64,000 nucleotides of DNA, from the IMG/VR virus record IMGVR_UViG_3300045988_174813; one strand, written 5' to 3'. Position numbers and translations under genes: made by a program. Of the stretch, positions 1-12,111 are shown one piece after another. Positions within the stretch are counted from its first letter, which is position 1; every line of letters begins with the position of its first letter. Below the pieces are notes generated by a model that worked only from the letters and a program-made list of their open reading frames with translations, ran no database searches and was not told where the DNA came from. This DNA is from a virus.

Positions 1-244
1 AACCGCCATAGACGGTCGTATAATCAGTACTAAAATTTATAGACATAGCATCTAAATAAGGTTCTACTAATTGAGTTATATATGTGGGTTTACCGTTTAT
101 ATTTGTTTTTATCTTCAAATAAAAAGGTTCAGAACTTTCAAAGTTTAGTGCCGACATATCATAATAAGACGTTCCACAATAAGGGCATTTATTTTTTTCT
201 GGCTCATACACAGCCCCGCAATTAGGACAATTCTTACTCTTCAT
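1..244 (-). CDS. zinc-ribbon protein, 3' end cut by window edge
   Basis: ATG at 244; MKSKNCPNCGAVYEPEKNKCPYCG.. has two CxxC pairs; open to nt 1. Confidence 0.6.
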   Translation of the reverse strand, partial: MKSKNCPNCGAVYEPEKNKCPYCGTSYYDMSALNFESSEPFYLKIKTNINGKPTYITQLVEPYLDAMSINFSTDYTTVYGG

Positions 245-422
245 TTACTTCACAGTATGTTTCAAGAGCTTCAATAAACTTGTCATCCTCAATATAAAAT
301 CCGTCCTATCCAATAGCGCGTTGGAAATTACATATCAACTGCATAAAGCGCCAATCGGGCCACTTTTTCCAACACGTTTTCATTCTCTCAAGAACATCAT
401 CAATTCTATCAGGATTACGCAT
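234..422 (-). CDS. small hypothetical protein (1 sense TAG)
   Basis: GGAGA RBS, ATG 422, TAA 236-234, in-frame TAG 308-306; missed by ORF track. Confidence 0.6.
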
Positions 423-452
423 ACACATTCTCCTTTCATTTTATATATTTAT

Positions 453-481
453 ATTATACAATAAAAATGAGAGAAAGTCAA
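453..481 (-). promoter_or_regulatory. sigma-A type promoter
   Basis: TTGACT-17-TATAAT on minus strand upstream of 422. Confidence 0.65.
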
Positions 482-536
482 ATTTCACTTTCTCCCACAT
501 ACGATATTTTATTCCTACTTCACTTACCAATAAGTA

Positions 537-574
537 GGCGCGCCCGCCTCCGCCCCTTTAGGCGGGGGCGCGCC
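537..574 (-). terminator. GC-rich hairpin after 624-1613
   Basis: GGCGCGCCCGCC..GGCGGGGGCGCGCC inverted repeat; weak U tract. Confidence 0.45.
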
Positions 575-623
575 GTCCCAGACTTACATTCTAAATATAT
601 CCTATAATAATTCAAATCTCAAA

Positions 624-1613
624 TTAGGACTTTTGGTTCCAACCCCAATCCTAACTTTTATAATAGTTTATCCAATATTTCTCACGTTCATTCAATCTAT
701 CTTTACTTACTTCTTCAATTACTTCAAACGTAAAGTTATCTATTCCCTCATCAGCCATTGCATCGTGAACTTTTTGATGAGCTATATCTCCTATATCATA
801 TGCACTCTTGATATGAGATGTCCATCTACGTCTTATATTTACTGATTGGCCTATATATACTTTCTATGAAGGTATGTGAGTAATTTTATATATACCGCAC
901 TTTTCCTTATCTCCGAGCACTCTAAATAACATATCATTCATAGGCTGTTTTATAAATACATCATATATAAGTTTATTTAGAGCTTCTCTATTTGTAAGGC
1001 GCGGTTCAATACTTCGCAATACTTTTATATCTTCTTTGTCTGCTTCTGAAAGTTTTATTCTATAGTAATCTTGCTATTCAAGTATTTCTTGTTCTTTTTT
1101 ATAACTCTCAATAGTCAATTCTCGTGTTGACTTCAATTGAAGCAATTGTGTCTTTAGCTACTCCATTTCTTCATTTATTTCGTCTTTCTACAAATTGCAT
1201 TTAGCTATATATTTATACAAATCATCATTGAAAGCGCGCCGTTGTTTTTCAATTTCTATATTTACTTGGCCTAATAAACGCTCACGTTCACTATCTACTA
1301 GTCCTTGAAGTTCTGCATCTACTTTATCTTGTTGTAATTTTTTCTTTTCTTGAAGGTCATTACAAAATTGAGTATATTGTTTATTCTATTGCTCTTGAAA
1401 TTCTATATATTTATTGGTATATTTTTGCTTCTTTTGCTCTAATTCTTTTATAAATTCAGTTTCATCTATTTCTTTTTTCTAATTTAGTTCTTCCCTAAGT
1501 TCACAGACTTGTTTCCATCGTAAGGCCTCTAATTTTTTATTCCTATTACATAATAATATTATAGTAATTATTTCAATAATAACAAAGCCTATTCCTAAAT
1601 ATAAAAAAATCAT
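624..1613 (-). CDS. GIY-YIG nuclease domain protein with N-terminal TM helix and coiled coil (7 sense TAG)
   Basis: AAGGAG RBS, ATG 1613, TAA 626-624; C-terminus has GIYKI..KVYIGQS..RRRW..H..NEREKYWI; all 7 internal stops are TAG. Confidence 0.75.
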
Positions 1614-1656
1614 ATGATATAACTCCTTTATAAAGCTCCTTCCGCTTTACAATTTC

Positions 1657-1685
1657 ATTATACCATATGATTTCTAAAAAGTCAA
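1657..1685 (-). promoter_or_regulatory. sigma-A type promoter
   Basis: TTGACT-17-TATAAT, minus strand. Confidence 0.65.
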
Positions 1686-1688
1686 ATT

Positions 1689-2282
1689 TCATTTTGAGTA
1701 ATTTTTACTGAACTCATTAAACATAATTTTGATGTAGGCATATTCATTATCTATTTTCCCATTTTTACGTCCAAGCTATTCAAGAAGATTTTCATACTTC
1801 CCATAAGCATCAAAAACGTGGTTGTATCCCTCCAAAGTAGCAGACTAACCATCATCATATCGTAAAGAATTGGCAAAAGAAATGATCTCCCATCGCAATC
1901 TGTCAATTTCGTTAGTATCAATTTTCTTATTCATATGTTCTATTGTTTTAGTTTGTTCCGCATTGATAAGCATTACATCAGCTAATTGTTTATCTACATT
2001 ATTCAAGTGCGTATTTATAGCATTGAAAGATGTTTCAATTTTTGTATTATTAGCATCAATAATTTTTTTAACCGTGCGCTAAGCTTCGTCTCTTTTCTCA
2101 TTTGCTATTGCGCGAGCCATCTCTCTTATTTCTTCATTACGCAATTTACGTTTTTTCTCTTTACGCTTCTTACCCCAATTAGTCATAGGAGAAAAAATTT
2201 TATATATTGCTGTAAGTGCTCCCGCGATAGCACCAATAGTAATTATCCAATTTGAGATTGCAGAAATTATGTCACTTGGCAT
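1689..2282 (-). CDS. membrane-anchored coiled-coil protein (3 sense TAG)
   Basis: ORF 2079-2282 continues in frame through 3 TAGs to TGA 1691-1689; N-terminal TM helix. Confidence 0.6.
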
Positions 2283-2336
2283 TTTTTCTCACCTCGCCAA
2301 ATAAAAGTAGAGTTTTTATGCTACGGTTTCTACATT

Positions 2337-2732
2337 TTAGTTGCGCTTATAGGGATTATTTTGGTCATTATGCCATTTTGACTTTGCAAGATATTTATCT
2401 TGAAATATATCTTGCGCGGACTGTATACTTTCTAAATCACAATATGGTATAATATATAAAGATAGCCCGCGCGCGAGACAGGCAGAAATCTTTATGCGGT
2501 CGTGCTCTTGATAACGAGTGAAGTCTGTATGTGTCGGTTGGAACATCTTTACTTGGACATAGTGTTGTTGACCTTGCACTTCAACTAATGATTGGAGCTC
2601 TCCATTAGAGTATATCCCGAAATCATAACGTAAAGCTTGTTTACGGCGCACTCCCTCAATAGAGACTTCGCGGGCAAACTTGTAGCCTGCCCGCGAAAGA
2701 AGAGAAGCAATGTAATCTTCGCCCTTACTCAC
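2337..2732 (-). CDS. Vsr/DUF559-like PD-(D/E)XK nuclease-fold protein
   Basis: YDF..LVEVQGQQH resembles the D..E.QG..H core of Vsr-like endonucleases. Confidence 0.45.
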   Translation of the reverse strand: MSKGEDYIASLLSRAGYKFAREVSIEGVRRKQALRYDFGIYSNGELQSLVEVQGQQHYVQVKMFQPTHTDFTRYQEHDRIKISACLARGLSLYIIPYCDLESIQSAQDIFQDKYLAKSKWHNDQNNPYKRN

Positions 2733-3856
2733 ATCAACTGGTCAATGGTGCATTCTTTATAAGACTTGTCACCATCGGGTCTCCATTCAATAATTTTTCC
2801 ATGACGCAATGCGAGGGTATCTTTCATAATCTCCATCGCCGCGATTTTTACAATGTGGTATCTATATGTTTCAGGGCTTTCACTAATTCCCTTTTTTACC
2901 TCATCAGGAATACCGCTAATCCAACCGACGGGATAGACTTTGTCCCCATCCATAACAGCAATCTCAACTGCGCTCGCCCATCCATAAAACCAAGCTTTAG
3001 TTACAGGCTCAATAGTTGCGCCGTGCTCATAGTCATTGTAATAGCGTCCAAGCATTTTTTCGTTAGTTTTGAAGTTCCACCAATACTGCCACTCATAAGG
3101 ATAATCTCCCTTATATACCTTTGTAGCAGGCTTCCAACGGCCAGTAAGAAAACAGTCAATGGGATTGTCAAGTTCTTTCTTTATTTTCAAAGTCTTGCGT
3201 GCGGTACGCTTACCTGGCTCTGCATGAGAGTTGGATTTAGTAATTACAATACCTTCTCCATCAAGCATACGCACACGCATAAGTTCATCCCAAAGAGCCT
3301 GGCCATAGTAGTATTTAGCTATTTCAATAAATTTATTGTCTGCGCGCGCAACACATTCAGATATATAACCAAGCTGAGAAAAACGTGTTTCTGCGGTCAC
3401 ACTAAGTAGAGAAGCACCAGCCCACGCCCATACATCAAATACATAATAATGAAGCTTTTCTCCTTTTTCTTGACGTTCGCGCGCCTTTTCGGGCAAACAT
3501 CCCATTATAGTGGTCACGTGGCGTGAACCTTCATTATTCGGAAAATAAATTTCTCCTAAAAGGCACGTCCCACGCGGAAGTACATCAAAGAAAGAGTGAA
3601 GATGAGGAACCCAGTCGATCTTATCCAAAAATCCACCATTCACACTTTCACTACGTCCTTGGAGGACCATATTACCGTCCATATCCTTTATAAAACGATA
3701 ATAGGCGCCATCCATTTTGCGCGAGCCAATATATGCATTTGACATAATCATAGCATAAATTTCATCCTGCTTATTCTTTTTGTAGCCCGAAGGAAATGAC
3801 CAAAATTTTTCAGCAGGCAAGCTTTGGAAATCTACGCCATCAATAATCATACTCAT
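2729..3856 (-). CDS. ATP-dependent DNA ligase
   Basis: Nucleotidyltransferase motifs SRKMDG (I), LLGEIYF (III), EGIVITK (IV), TLKIKK (V). Confidence 0.75.
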   Translation of the reverse strand: MSMIIDGVDFQSLPAEKFWSFPSGYKKNKQDEIYAMIMSNAYIGSRKMDGAYYRFIKDMDGNMVLQGRSESVNGGFLDKIDWVPHLHSFFDVLPRGTCLLGEIYFPNNEGSRHVTTIMGCLPEKARERQEKGEKLHYYVFDVWAWAGASLLSVTAETRFSQLGYISECVARADNKFIEIAKYYYGQALWDELMRVRMLDGEGIVITKSNSHAEPGKRTARKTLKIKKELDNPIDCFLTGRWKPATKVYKGDYPYEWQYWWNFKTNEKMLGRYYNDYEHGATIEPVTKAWFYGWASAVEIAVMDGDKVYPVGWISGIPDEVKKGISESPETYRYHIVKIAAMEIMKDTLALRHGKIIEWRPDGDKSYKECTIDQLM

Positions 3857-3885
3857 AAGTATAATCCTCCTTATTTTCTATATAT

Positions 3886-3914
3886 ATTATACTCCAACTT
3901 GTCAAAATTTTCAA
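3886..3914 (-). promoter_or_regulatory. sigma-A type promoter
   Basis: TTGAAA-17-TATAAT, then ATATATAGAAAATAAGGAGG leader. Confidence 0.65.
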
Positions 3915-4085
3915 ATTTCCAACTCACCAAAAAGTTATAGGGTCTACAATAAAATCCCTACTTATAAAAGAGGGGATAGATATGAACCTCAAATTTATCG
4001 CGGCTATCGCTGCACGAAATCGAATCCGACTAATACAATCGCTTTTAGGAGGTCTCATCCCTAAAGGCAAATGAGGAGGGCTACT

Positions 4086-4277
4086 ATGAAGGGTTATGTG
4101 CTTACAGAATCTTTCAAGCGGGCAAATATCTCTGATGCGGTGTATTACGCAATGACAAACGCAGATAAAGATACGCTCGCTAAGCAAGAGAACACCTCCT
4201 TCGGTGACAAGGTATATATCATTACAACCGGCGAAACCTTTATTATGGGTAACGACGGACAATGGTATCCGATGTGA
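4086..4277 (+). CDS. small structural-module protein
   Basis: AGGAGG RBS, ATG 4086; first plus-strand gene of the fibre block. Confidence 0.55.
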   Translation: MKGYVLTESFKRANISDAVYYAMTNADKDTLAKQENTSFGDKVYIITTGETFIMGNDGQWYPM

Positions 4278-4288
4278 GGTGAGGCAGT

Positions 4289-4951
4289 TTGGATATTCTC
4301 ACCTATGCAATTGTAAAGAAATATGTAAATGAGTGTCTGGTAGGTATGGGCGCGCTCAAAGGCGCCCCGTGCACAGTAAAAGCTACAGAAGTAACTGATG
4401 CTGGGCTAAAAGTAATTTTTGAATGGAAGGATAGTAATGGAACATCCCATACAACCGAAACCATTATACCTGCCGGTCCCCAAGGTGAACAAGGCGTGCC
4501 TGGCGCGCAAGGTGCATCTGGGCGTGGAATACTAACTATTGAAAAGACTGATACGTAGGGTCTTGTCGATACGTATACCGTGACTTATGATGACGGCACA
4601 TATACTACTTTCCAAATCAAAAATGGCGAGAATGGTGGGCTCTCAACTGATGGGGGGACTATGACTGGTCCTCTCATTCTTTCTGGCGACCCAACACTGC
4701 CCAATGAAGCCGTCACAAAAAACTACGTTGATACAAAGTTAGTTTCATTAGCAAAAGACGCTAATTTTGTATATCACAGCGAAGTCCCACAAAAAGTATG
4801 GAGTGTCTTACATAATTTAGGAAAGTATTGCTCTATTATCGTAGTTGATGATAATAAGAATGTAATTTATCCTGATATAACTTATGTAAGTGAAAACGAA
4901 ATACAAGTGAGTGCTACCTCGGAACTTACGGGGTATGCATTTTGTAATTGA
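4289..4951 (+). CDS. tail fibre protein with collagen-like run (1 sense TAG)
   Basis: GPQGEQGVPGAQGASGRG and GGTMTGPL..L..P..AVTKNYVD motifs; fragments 4289-4558 and 4580-4951 share a frame across TAG 4556. Confidence 0.75.
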
Positions 4952-4969
4952 ATAAGGAGGTATAATTGA

Positions 4970-6145
4970 ATGGCAAAGTTTGTAACTAACCTTGACCTCA
5001 ATTTCAATGAACTTCAAAATGCCGTGCTCAATCCGGTGGCGGAAGACCCCACTACTCTCAAAGAGGGTATGGTGTGGTATAATACCGCCGCGAAAGAGTT
5101 CAGATGTTACAAAGACGGAAAGGTAAAGCCTCTTGGCGCATAGGCGCAGTTTACTCAAGTTGGTTCTGTTGACGAGCTTCCAAGCAATGCTCAGCAAGGT
5201 GATATGGGCGTTGTAGAGACTGTTATTGATAAAGATAAGAAGTCTTATACTGCTTATATTTATGATGGTGCTTGGAAAGCTATGGATGGCAACTACGATG
5301 CAAGTAATGTGTATTTTGGTGAAGACCTTACATACACCGTTGCTATTGGCACTCTTGCCAAACCGAATGGTTCTGGTACTCTCTCTGCGAAGGGTAAGAG
5401 CGTGAAAGAAGTTCTCGCTTCTATTCTTGCGAAAGAAGCTAATCCTTCCAAGACCGAGCCTGCGGTGAGCTTCTCTTCAACTGGTGGCCTCGGCACATAT
5501 GAGATTGGTACTAAGAAGAATCTCTCCTATGCTGTTGCTCTTAGTGCTGGCGGTTACACTTATGGCCCTCCGACGGGCATTACTGCTCAGTCTTGGGAGG
5601 TTGTTTGTGATGGTGTGACCAAAACGACTGCTAATGGAACTTTCGAGAATGTCGTGGCCGAAGCTTCTGCGAAGAAGATTGTTGCTACGGCTGAATACGG
5701 CGAAGGTGCGATTCCTGTAACTAATCTCGGCAACGCATATCCTGCTGGAAAGATTAGTGCTGGCAGTAAGTCTAAGGAGTCTAGTAGCTACGTTGGCGTC
5801 CGCTATATGTTCTGGGGCCCGATGACTGATGCTGGTATGGCGCTCAATTCTGCGAACATTCGCGCGCTTGCCCATAATAAGGCTAGTGGAACTGGCGTAC
5901 TTGCTACCTTTGGTGCTGGCGCTGGTGCGAAAAAGGTCGTTGTTGCTGTTCCCGCGGGACGTAAGATTACGAAAGTGCTTATGCCTAGTGCCCTCAATGC
6001 TGATGTTACTGCCCTCTTTGTGAAGCAGGGAACACAGTCTCAAGTTGAAGGCGCGAATGCTTATGCCGCGGCTGCCTATGATGTATATGTATATCAGCCT
6101 GCGTCTATTGATGCTGGCGAGACCTATTCGGTCACAATCGGTTGA
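4970..6145 (+). CDS. tail fibre/structural protein (1 sense TAG)
   Basis: AGGAGG RBS, ATG 4970, TAG 5141-5143, same frame as ORF 5204-6145. Confidence 0.7.
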
Positions 6146-6163
6146 TAAGGAGGGAAAAAGAAT

Positions 6164-9100
6164 ATGGCTGTTATTATGAATGATGCCGCATATATGGGCT
6201 TTCCTCTGAGTATCAAGCGTGGCAACCCTGCCCCTGTTGATACTACTGCCGTTTGGTATGATAAAACTGAACTTGAAAATTATGCGAAGTCCGGTGCGAC
6301 TGCGTATGTTGGCCAAGTGCTTACTCTCGTTGCGGATGGTAAGTGCGAAGCTTATATGATTTCCAATGAGGCTGGAACTCTTATCAAGTTAGCCTCTACT
6401 ACTGCTTCTGGCGATTTAGCTAGCGATGTTGCGACACTTCAAACCCAAGTTGCGGGTCTTATTGAGAAGGTTGGCGCGCCCGCGCAAGGCGAGACTGAAG
6501 CTTCTGGATTATTCGCGCAAATTAGTGCCATTCAAACACTTGCTAATAGTAAGGTTAGCTCTGTTGGTGCGGGTGCTGGAATTGAAATTAGTGGCGAAGC
6601 TACTGCTCCTTCTGTTGCTGTAAAGCTTGACCCCACTGAAGGTAATGCTCTCTCTATTGTTGAGGGTAAGGGCCTTCGTGTCGAAGTCCCTAAGGTCGTC
6701 CATCCTAAATACACTGTTGAGAAGCTTGGCTCTGCGTCCGAGGGCGCGGTTGCCTCTTATGCGCTCAAGAAAGATGGAACCCAGGTTGGCGCAACAATTG
6801 ATATCCCCAAAGACCTTGTTGTTGTAAGTGGTTCTGTTGTTGAACTCAAAGCTGGCGCACTTCCTGCGGGCGTGACTGAGCCTGGCACATATATTGAACT
6901 TGTTCTCTCTGGTGGAAACCCGATTTACATTCCTGTTGGCTCTCTTATTGAGTATGTCACTGGTGGTTCGGGAGAGAATGATGCCATCCAAATCAACGTT
7001 GATAGTAATACCCACAAGATATCTGCTTCTGTAAAGGCTGGTTCTCTTACTAAGACTATGCTTGATTCCGATGTACAGACCTCTCTTGGCAAGGCCGATA
7101 GTTCTGTACAGAGTGTAGCAACTGGCTCTGCTAATGGTAATATTAGTGTTGATGGCACTGATGTGCCTGTCAAGGGTCTTGCATCTGGCGCGTTTGAAAC
7201 TGTCGAGAACCTCAATGCTACCGCGCAGACTAAGGCTGAAGCTGAAGCTGGTAAAGTAAAGACTGCATTGCTTGGTAGCGAAACAGATGATGCTACCAAG
7301 AAAACAATCTATGGTGCTATTGCTGCTGCGACCTCCGCAAAATCCGATGCTATTGCTGATGCGAAAGCCAAGATTGAAGCTCTTGACCTTGATGACAAAG
7401 CCGTTGCTGGCGAGTTCGTCACCGAAGTCAAGCAGACTGATGGTCAAATTGGTGTGGTGCGCGCGAAGCTTGGTGAAAGCGATATTCCTGCACTTCCCAT
7501 CTCTAAGATTACCAACCTTCAAGATACTCTTGATAGCAAGCAGGCTAACCTCACATTTGACGGCACTTATGGTGCTGATAATGCTGCTGCTACTGTTAGC
7601 ACAGTTGAGAATGCGAAGGCTGCTGTTGTTGGCGTTGCCGCTGATACTTCTGCTAAAGACACTGTAAAGGGTGCGAAGAAGTATGCTGATGAGGTTTCTG
7701 GTTAGGCTCTTACTGATGCCAAGGCTTATGCTGATGGGCTTGTCACTGGTGATAGTGGTGTTACCGCGCGTGTTGAAGCTCTTGAGGGCAAGGTTGATGT
7801 TGCGAAGGTTTCCACGGCTATTGCTACTGCAAAGGGTGAAGCTATTGCTGATGCTAAGACTGAGACGACCTCTCAAGTTAGTGCCGCGACTGAAGCTATC
7901 CTCGGCGAAGCGGGTTATACCCACACTGTAAAGGATGCTTATGTGCTTGCTTCTGGCAAGACTACAATGGCCGAGGTTGAAGCCAAGGACTATGCGACTA
8001 AGACTCAGGCTCAGGGTTATGCTGATGCAAAGGACGCTGCCATCTCCGCCGCGAAGAAAGCTGGTGATGACGCTGCGGCCGCCGCACAAACTGCTCAAGA
8101 GACTGCTGATGCTAAGGTTGCTTCCGTAAAGGCTACTGCTGACCTTGGTATCGTGGTTGCTGGCACTGCCACTGCGCCTACGATTGGTGTAAAGGTTGAC
8201 CCCGTTGCTGGTAATGCGCTTAGCGTATCTGCTACTGGCTTGAAGGTCACTATTCCTACGGCTGACACTTATGGTTTAGTGAAGGATGAGACTGCTGGCG
8301 ATTACGCCGCGGTGTATCATCTCACTAAGAATGGCGCGAACTTTGGCGACGCTATCAATATCCCGAAGGATATGGTGGTGTCTTCTGGTACTGTTGAGAC
8401 CAATCCTACTGGTAAGCCTGCGGGAACCTATCTTGTTCTTGTTCTTGCGAATGCAACAAGCGATAAGATTTATATTCCTGTTGATAGTCTGATTGAGTAT
8501 GTAACCAGTGGTTCTAAGACCGGCGATATGATTGTCGTCGATGTGTCTGCTGACCATAAGGTTACTGCGACTATTACTGATGGTAAGATTACTCTTGCTA
8601 AGCTTGATAATGGCGTGTAGGCTTCTCTTGGAAAAGCTGATAGTGCTCTTCAGGCGGGCGATGCGCCGGGCTATGATGATATTCTTACCAAGACCGAAGC
8701 TGGCACAACTTATGTTGCTCAGGAAGCTAATAAGCGTCTGATGACTTCTGCCGAGGGCACCAAGCTCGAAGGTATTGAAGCTCAGGCGACAAAGAACTCC
8801 ATCAAGCTCAATGGTGTGGCTAATGCCAATCCTGAGTTCTATGCGCCAACTACTGCTGGTTCTGCTGGCCAGGTTCTTATTGCTAGTGGAGATGGAGCCC
8901 CGACTTGGAGCGCGATGCCCAAGAGCTTCATCAAGTTCGTTCAGAAGAACCCTGCTCTTACTCCTTCTGGTGGTAAGGCTACTTGGACGATTGGCGCGTC
9001 TGCGCATGGTATTGTTGCGGAAGACATTATGGTTCAACTCTTTGAGGTTGCTACTGGCGAGCAAGTGTTTGCTGATATCATAGTGGGCGCGGATAAGAGT

Positions 9101-9169
9101 GTGAAGATTTCTATGAACGCTTCGGCTTCTGTCGTAGCGAATACATATAAAGCCGTCCTATTCGGCTAA
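6164..9169 (+). CDS. large tail fibre protein, 1001 aa (2 sense TAG)
   Basis: ORFs 6164, 7943 and 8741 share one frame across TAGs 7703 and 8618; internal ~170-aa domain duplicated. Confidence 0.8.
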
Positions 9170-9180
9170 GTTGTTTAGTG

Positions 9181-9214
9181 AGCCCAATAGGGAAATACCC
9201 TATTGGGCTTTTTG
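9181..9214 (+). terminator. rho-independent terminator
   Basis: AGCCCAATAGGG-5 nt-CCCTATTGGGCT, then TTTTT. Confidence 0.8.
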
Positions 9215-9226
9215 AGTTTTGAAAAT

Positions 9227-9255
9227 TTGATTTTTTAGGCAAAGTATGGTATAAT
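9227..9255 (+). promoter_or_regulatory. sigma-A type promoter (variant leader TGTAAGGCGAGAG)
   Basis: TTGATT-17-TATAAT with TG extension. Confidence 0.65.
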
Positions 9256-9380
9256 AAATAATGTAAGGCGAGAGCCTATTTTACATAGATGATATAAATT
9301 TATGCTGTCCGCGCGGAGTGGATGGTATAACTTTTTATAGATAGAAGGAAACTCGAATTGTGTTTCACGGAGGCGATACA

Positions 9381-9716
9381 ATGCTTACAATCGACAAAGA
9401 CAACACAATCCATTTGACCCGTGGTGACACCGCGCGCTTCCGCATTACTCAAGCAACTAACCTCGCCACGGGAGAACCTTATGTCTTCCTACCCGAAGAC
9501 AGACTTGAGTTCACAATCAAAAAGTCAGTCAGTGATACTGACCCTCTAATTCATAAATCTGTCTCTGGTGGAGAGATAATCCATCTCCTCCCCGAAGATA
9601 CAAAACCTCTTTCTTTTGGACGCTATGTTTATGACGTTCAGCTTACACTAGCTAACGGGGACATCTACACAATCATTGTCCCTACCGTATTTGAAATCGC
9701 TAAAGAGGTAACCTAA
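9381..9716 (+). CDS. structural-module protein
   Basis: GGAGG RBS, ATG 9381; beta-rich 111 aa. Confidence 0.55.
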   Translation: MLTIDKDNTIHLTRGDTARFRITQATNLATGEPYVFLPEDRLEFTIKKSVSDTDPLIHKSVSGGEIIHLLPEDTKPLSFGRYVYDVQLTLANGDIYTIIVPTVFEIAKEVT

Positions 9717-9718
9717 CT

Positions 9719-9985
9719 ATGGCGGGCCTCTCGGTACAAATGGCTCTTGTGGGCACGATTTAGCCGGAAGTATCACTCAAAGCACAAATGAACGCCGCAA
9801 TAACGGCTCAATCAGATATTTATGATGATATTGATGGCTATGTAATCACTCCTTCTTGGGAGGCTGACATCGTACTCCCTACAAAAAGTAAGCTAATGAA
9901 AGAAAATCTTACCGTCAAGAAGATTGCGCAAACCTCTGTAAGCAATGAAGCTGGCGGTATAACCTTGATTTTAGGAGGACAATAA
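9719..9985 (+). CDS. structural-module protein (1 sense TAG)
   Basis: ATG 9719, TAG 9761-9763, same frame as ORF 9788-9985. Confidence 0.55.
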
Positions 9986-9987
9986 TT

Positions 9988-10578
9988 ATGCCTGATAAGT
10001 ATGTAAATAAATTTATCCTCGATGGCGAGGTAAAGTTCGATCTTACTCAAGATGACATTACTGCTGATAAACTTGCTAAAGGTATCAAAGCGCACGATAA
10101 GTCTGGCGCGCCCATCGTCGGTACTTCTACTTTCGATGCAGATACTTCTGATGCTACTGCCGTCGCCGCGGAAATTCTCAATGGGAAGACCGCATACAAG
10201 GCTGGCGCGAAAATTACTGGTACTATGCCGAATAATGGAGCGAAAAATCTCGTAATCAATGACCTGACTACGACGGTAAAAATTCCTCTTGGCTATCATG
10301 ATGGGTCTGGCACAGTAAGTGTAGATACTGCGGAAAGTGCAAAAATCATCCCTGGCAACATTCGTGATGGTATTACTATTCTTGGTGTAACTGGCACTAT
10401 GAGTGGTACAGAAGGCGCGAAGGCGCAAACCAAGACTATCACCCCTACCTTTGCCGCGCAAGAAATTACTCCTGACAGTCCTGAATATAACTATCTTGCT
10501 AGTGTTACTGTGCAAGCCATTCCTGTGACCTATACAGATAATGAGTTTGGAGGTCAAACTCTCACCATCGGAGGCTAA
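9988..10578 (+). CDS. tail-associated protein
   Basis: N-terminus paralogous to the next gene (VNK..DGE..DLT.D..T.D.LA.GI.AH...G..IVGT). Confidence 0.6.
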   Translation: MPDKYVNKFILDGEVKFDLTQDDITADKLAKGIKAHDKSGAPIVGTSTFDADTSDATAVAAEILNGKTAYKAGAKITGTMPNNGAKNLVINDLTTTVKIPLGYHDGSGTVSVDTAESAKIIPGNIRDGITILGVTGTMSGTEGAKAQTKTITPTFAAQEITPDSPEYNYLASVTVQAIPVTYTDNEFGGQTLTIGG

Positions 10579-10580
10579 TT

Positions 10581-10970
10581 ATGGCAGTAAATAAAGTCGA
10601 AATTGATGGAGAGACTGCGTTGGATCTAACTAGCGATACAGTAACTTCAGATAATTTGGCTTATGGGATTACTGCTCATGGTGCGAATGGTGAAGTTATT
10701 GTAGGGACAAGAAAATTTTGTCGAATTTACAGTACAACTAATCCAGCACTAACTGCAAGCGCGGGCGCTTTTACGTGGACAGTTCCCGCGGCAGACCATA
10801 GATTTACATCTAAGGTTTTGGGTATATCATTATATGATAGTGAAGGCTAGATGGTTTTTACGAGTGTAACGATTGATAGCAGTTATAATATTGTGGTTAG
10901 TATGTATGATGAAACTGTGACTACAATTGAAGCTGGAAAGTATATAATTATAGTCATTGGTGAAGACTAA
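10581..10970 (+). CDS. tail-associated protein (1 sense TAG)
   Basis: TAG 10848-10850 read through to TAA 10968-10970; C-terminal NPALT..G.F.WT domain also ends the 6164 gene. Confidence 0.6.
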
Positions 10971-11048
10971 CTGCGCTATGCGCGCAGATATATATAAAGA
11001 GTATGGGGCGCGTAAGATGCGCGCCCTGCTTCTATGGAGGTGTACTCA

Positions 11049-11525
11049 ATGAAATATTTAGGAAAAGTTAGTGACCCGAAAGATCTAGCCACGAAAGAGT
11101 ACGTGGATGGAAAAGTTAGTGGCGTAGATATGTCCACAAAACAAGACCGTACTGACTTGTTGACAGAAGATAATGATTTTATTACAGGTGTGCCAGAAAC
11201 TTGTAAAGTTCCATATTATACAGCAGAGGGTGCGGAGAATTATTCTTGTTCTCTCGGCAGTTTACTAGCTGGCGCAATTCTAAACTAGGCTGGAACTGGC
11301 GCAGGACTTCTAAGAACCGATAATGGCGCGGTAAGCAAAGTTTCTTCTATTGGAACTAACGATATCGCCGAGAAAGCAGTAACCGCAAATAGGCTTGGCG
11401 CGGATGTAAATTATTCTGCTATCGGTTTAGTATCTAACCAGGTGCGTGGGATTTATGTAGGGACTGAAACCCCATCTAACACAATTGGCAATAATGGCGA
11501 TATATATATCAAATACGCTATTTGA
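11049..11525 (+). CDS. tail fibre-like protein (1 sense TAG)
   Basis: GGAGG RBS; MKYLGK..KEYVD N-terminus, NGDIYIKY C-terminus; TAG 11286. Confidence 0.6.
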
Positions 11526-11535
11526 GGTGAGATGA

Positions 11536-12111
11536 ATGGGAACTTGGTCTACAACAGCACCTACTAATTTAGCTACTGAATGGACAGAAATAAAAGAGAA
11601 CAATGCGCAAGGTGGATACCGCTTGAAGATAAGCGGGAATTATGTTTATCTTTATTATAACTGCATTGCGCGCGCCTGTTCTGCTTGGCTAGAAACTGGA
11701 CAATTATGTGTAAAAGTTGAAAATTACAGTTGCGCGACTGGTAATGCTAGCCCTGGAAATAGTTTGAGCACTAATGCTTATGTTACTGATGAGAGTGGTG
11801 TGAAAGTTTATGCTGATGCCAATACCACTAATATGGGTGATAGTAGTGAAGCTGCGCACGGGCACTCGCGCGGAACTTATTACTATACCTATGATGCAAG
11901 TTTTACTGTAACATCTGCTGTTGAAGCTGGTATTAGAGATAATAGTGGTGTATATGGTAATGGCACTTGTGGCGTAACAGTTACGGTTAGTACCAAGCCC
12001 GGTAGTGGCGGAAGTAGTGGTGGAGGAGGCAGTGGTGAAACAACTGCTAATCCAGTTTAGAACCTATATTTGAAGATAAATGGTGTTTGGTACCCTATTT
12101 TATGGGGGTGA
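11536..12111 (+). CDS. MGTW-family receptor-binding-like protein (1 sense TAG)
   Basis: TAG 12058 read through to ..NLYLKINGVWYPILWG, then TGA 12109-12111. Confidence 0.6.

Noticed and set aside
6509-8098. 529-aa minus-strand ORF, plus many other long ORFs in several frames over 5.3-9.1 kb
   Set aside because: It lies antisense to or overlaps the large fibre gene. The translations are low-complexity (S/R/L/N-rich) with no RBS. They are an artefact of the biased GCT/GAT/ACT-rich codon usage of the fibre genes.
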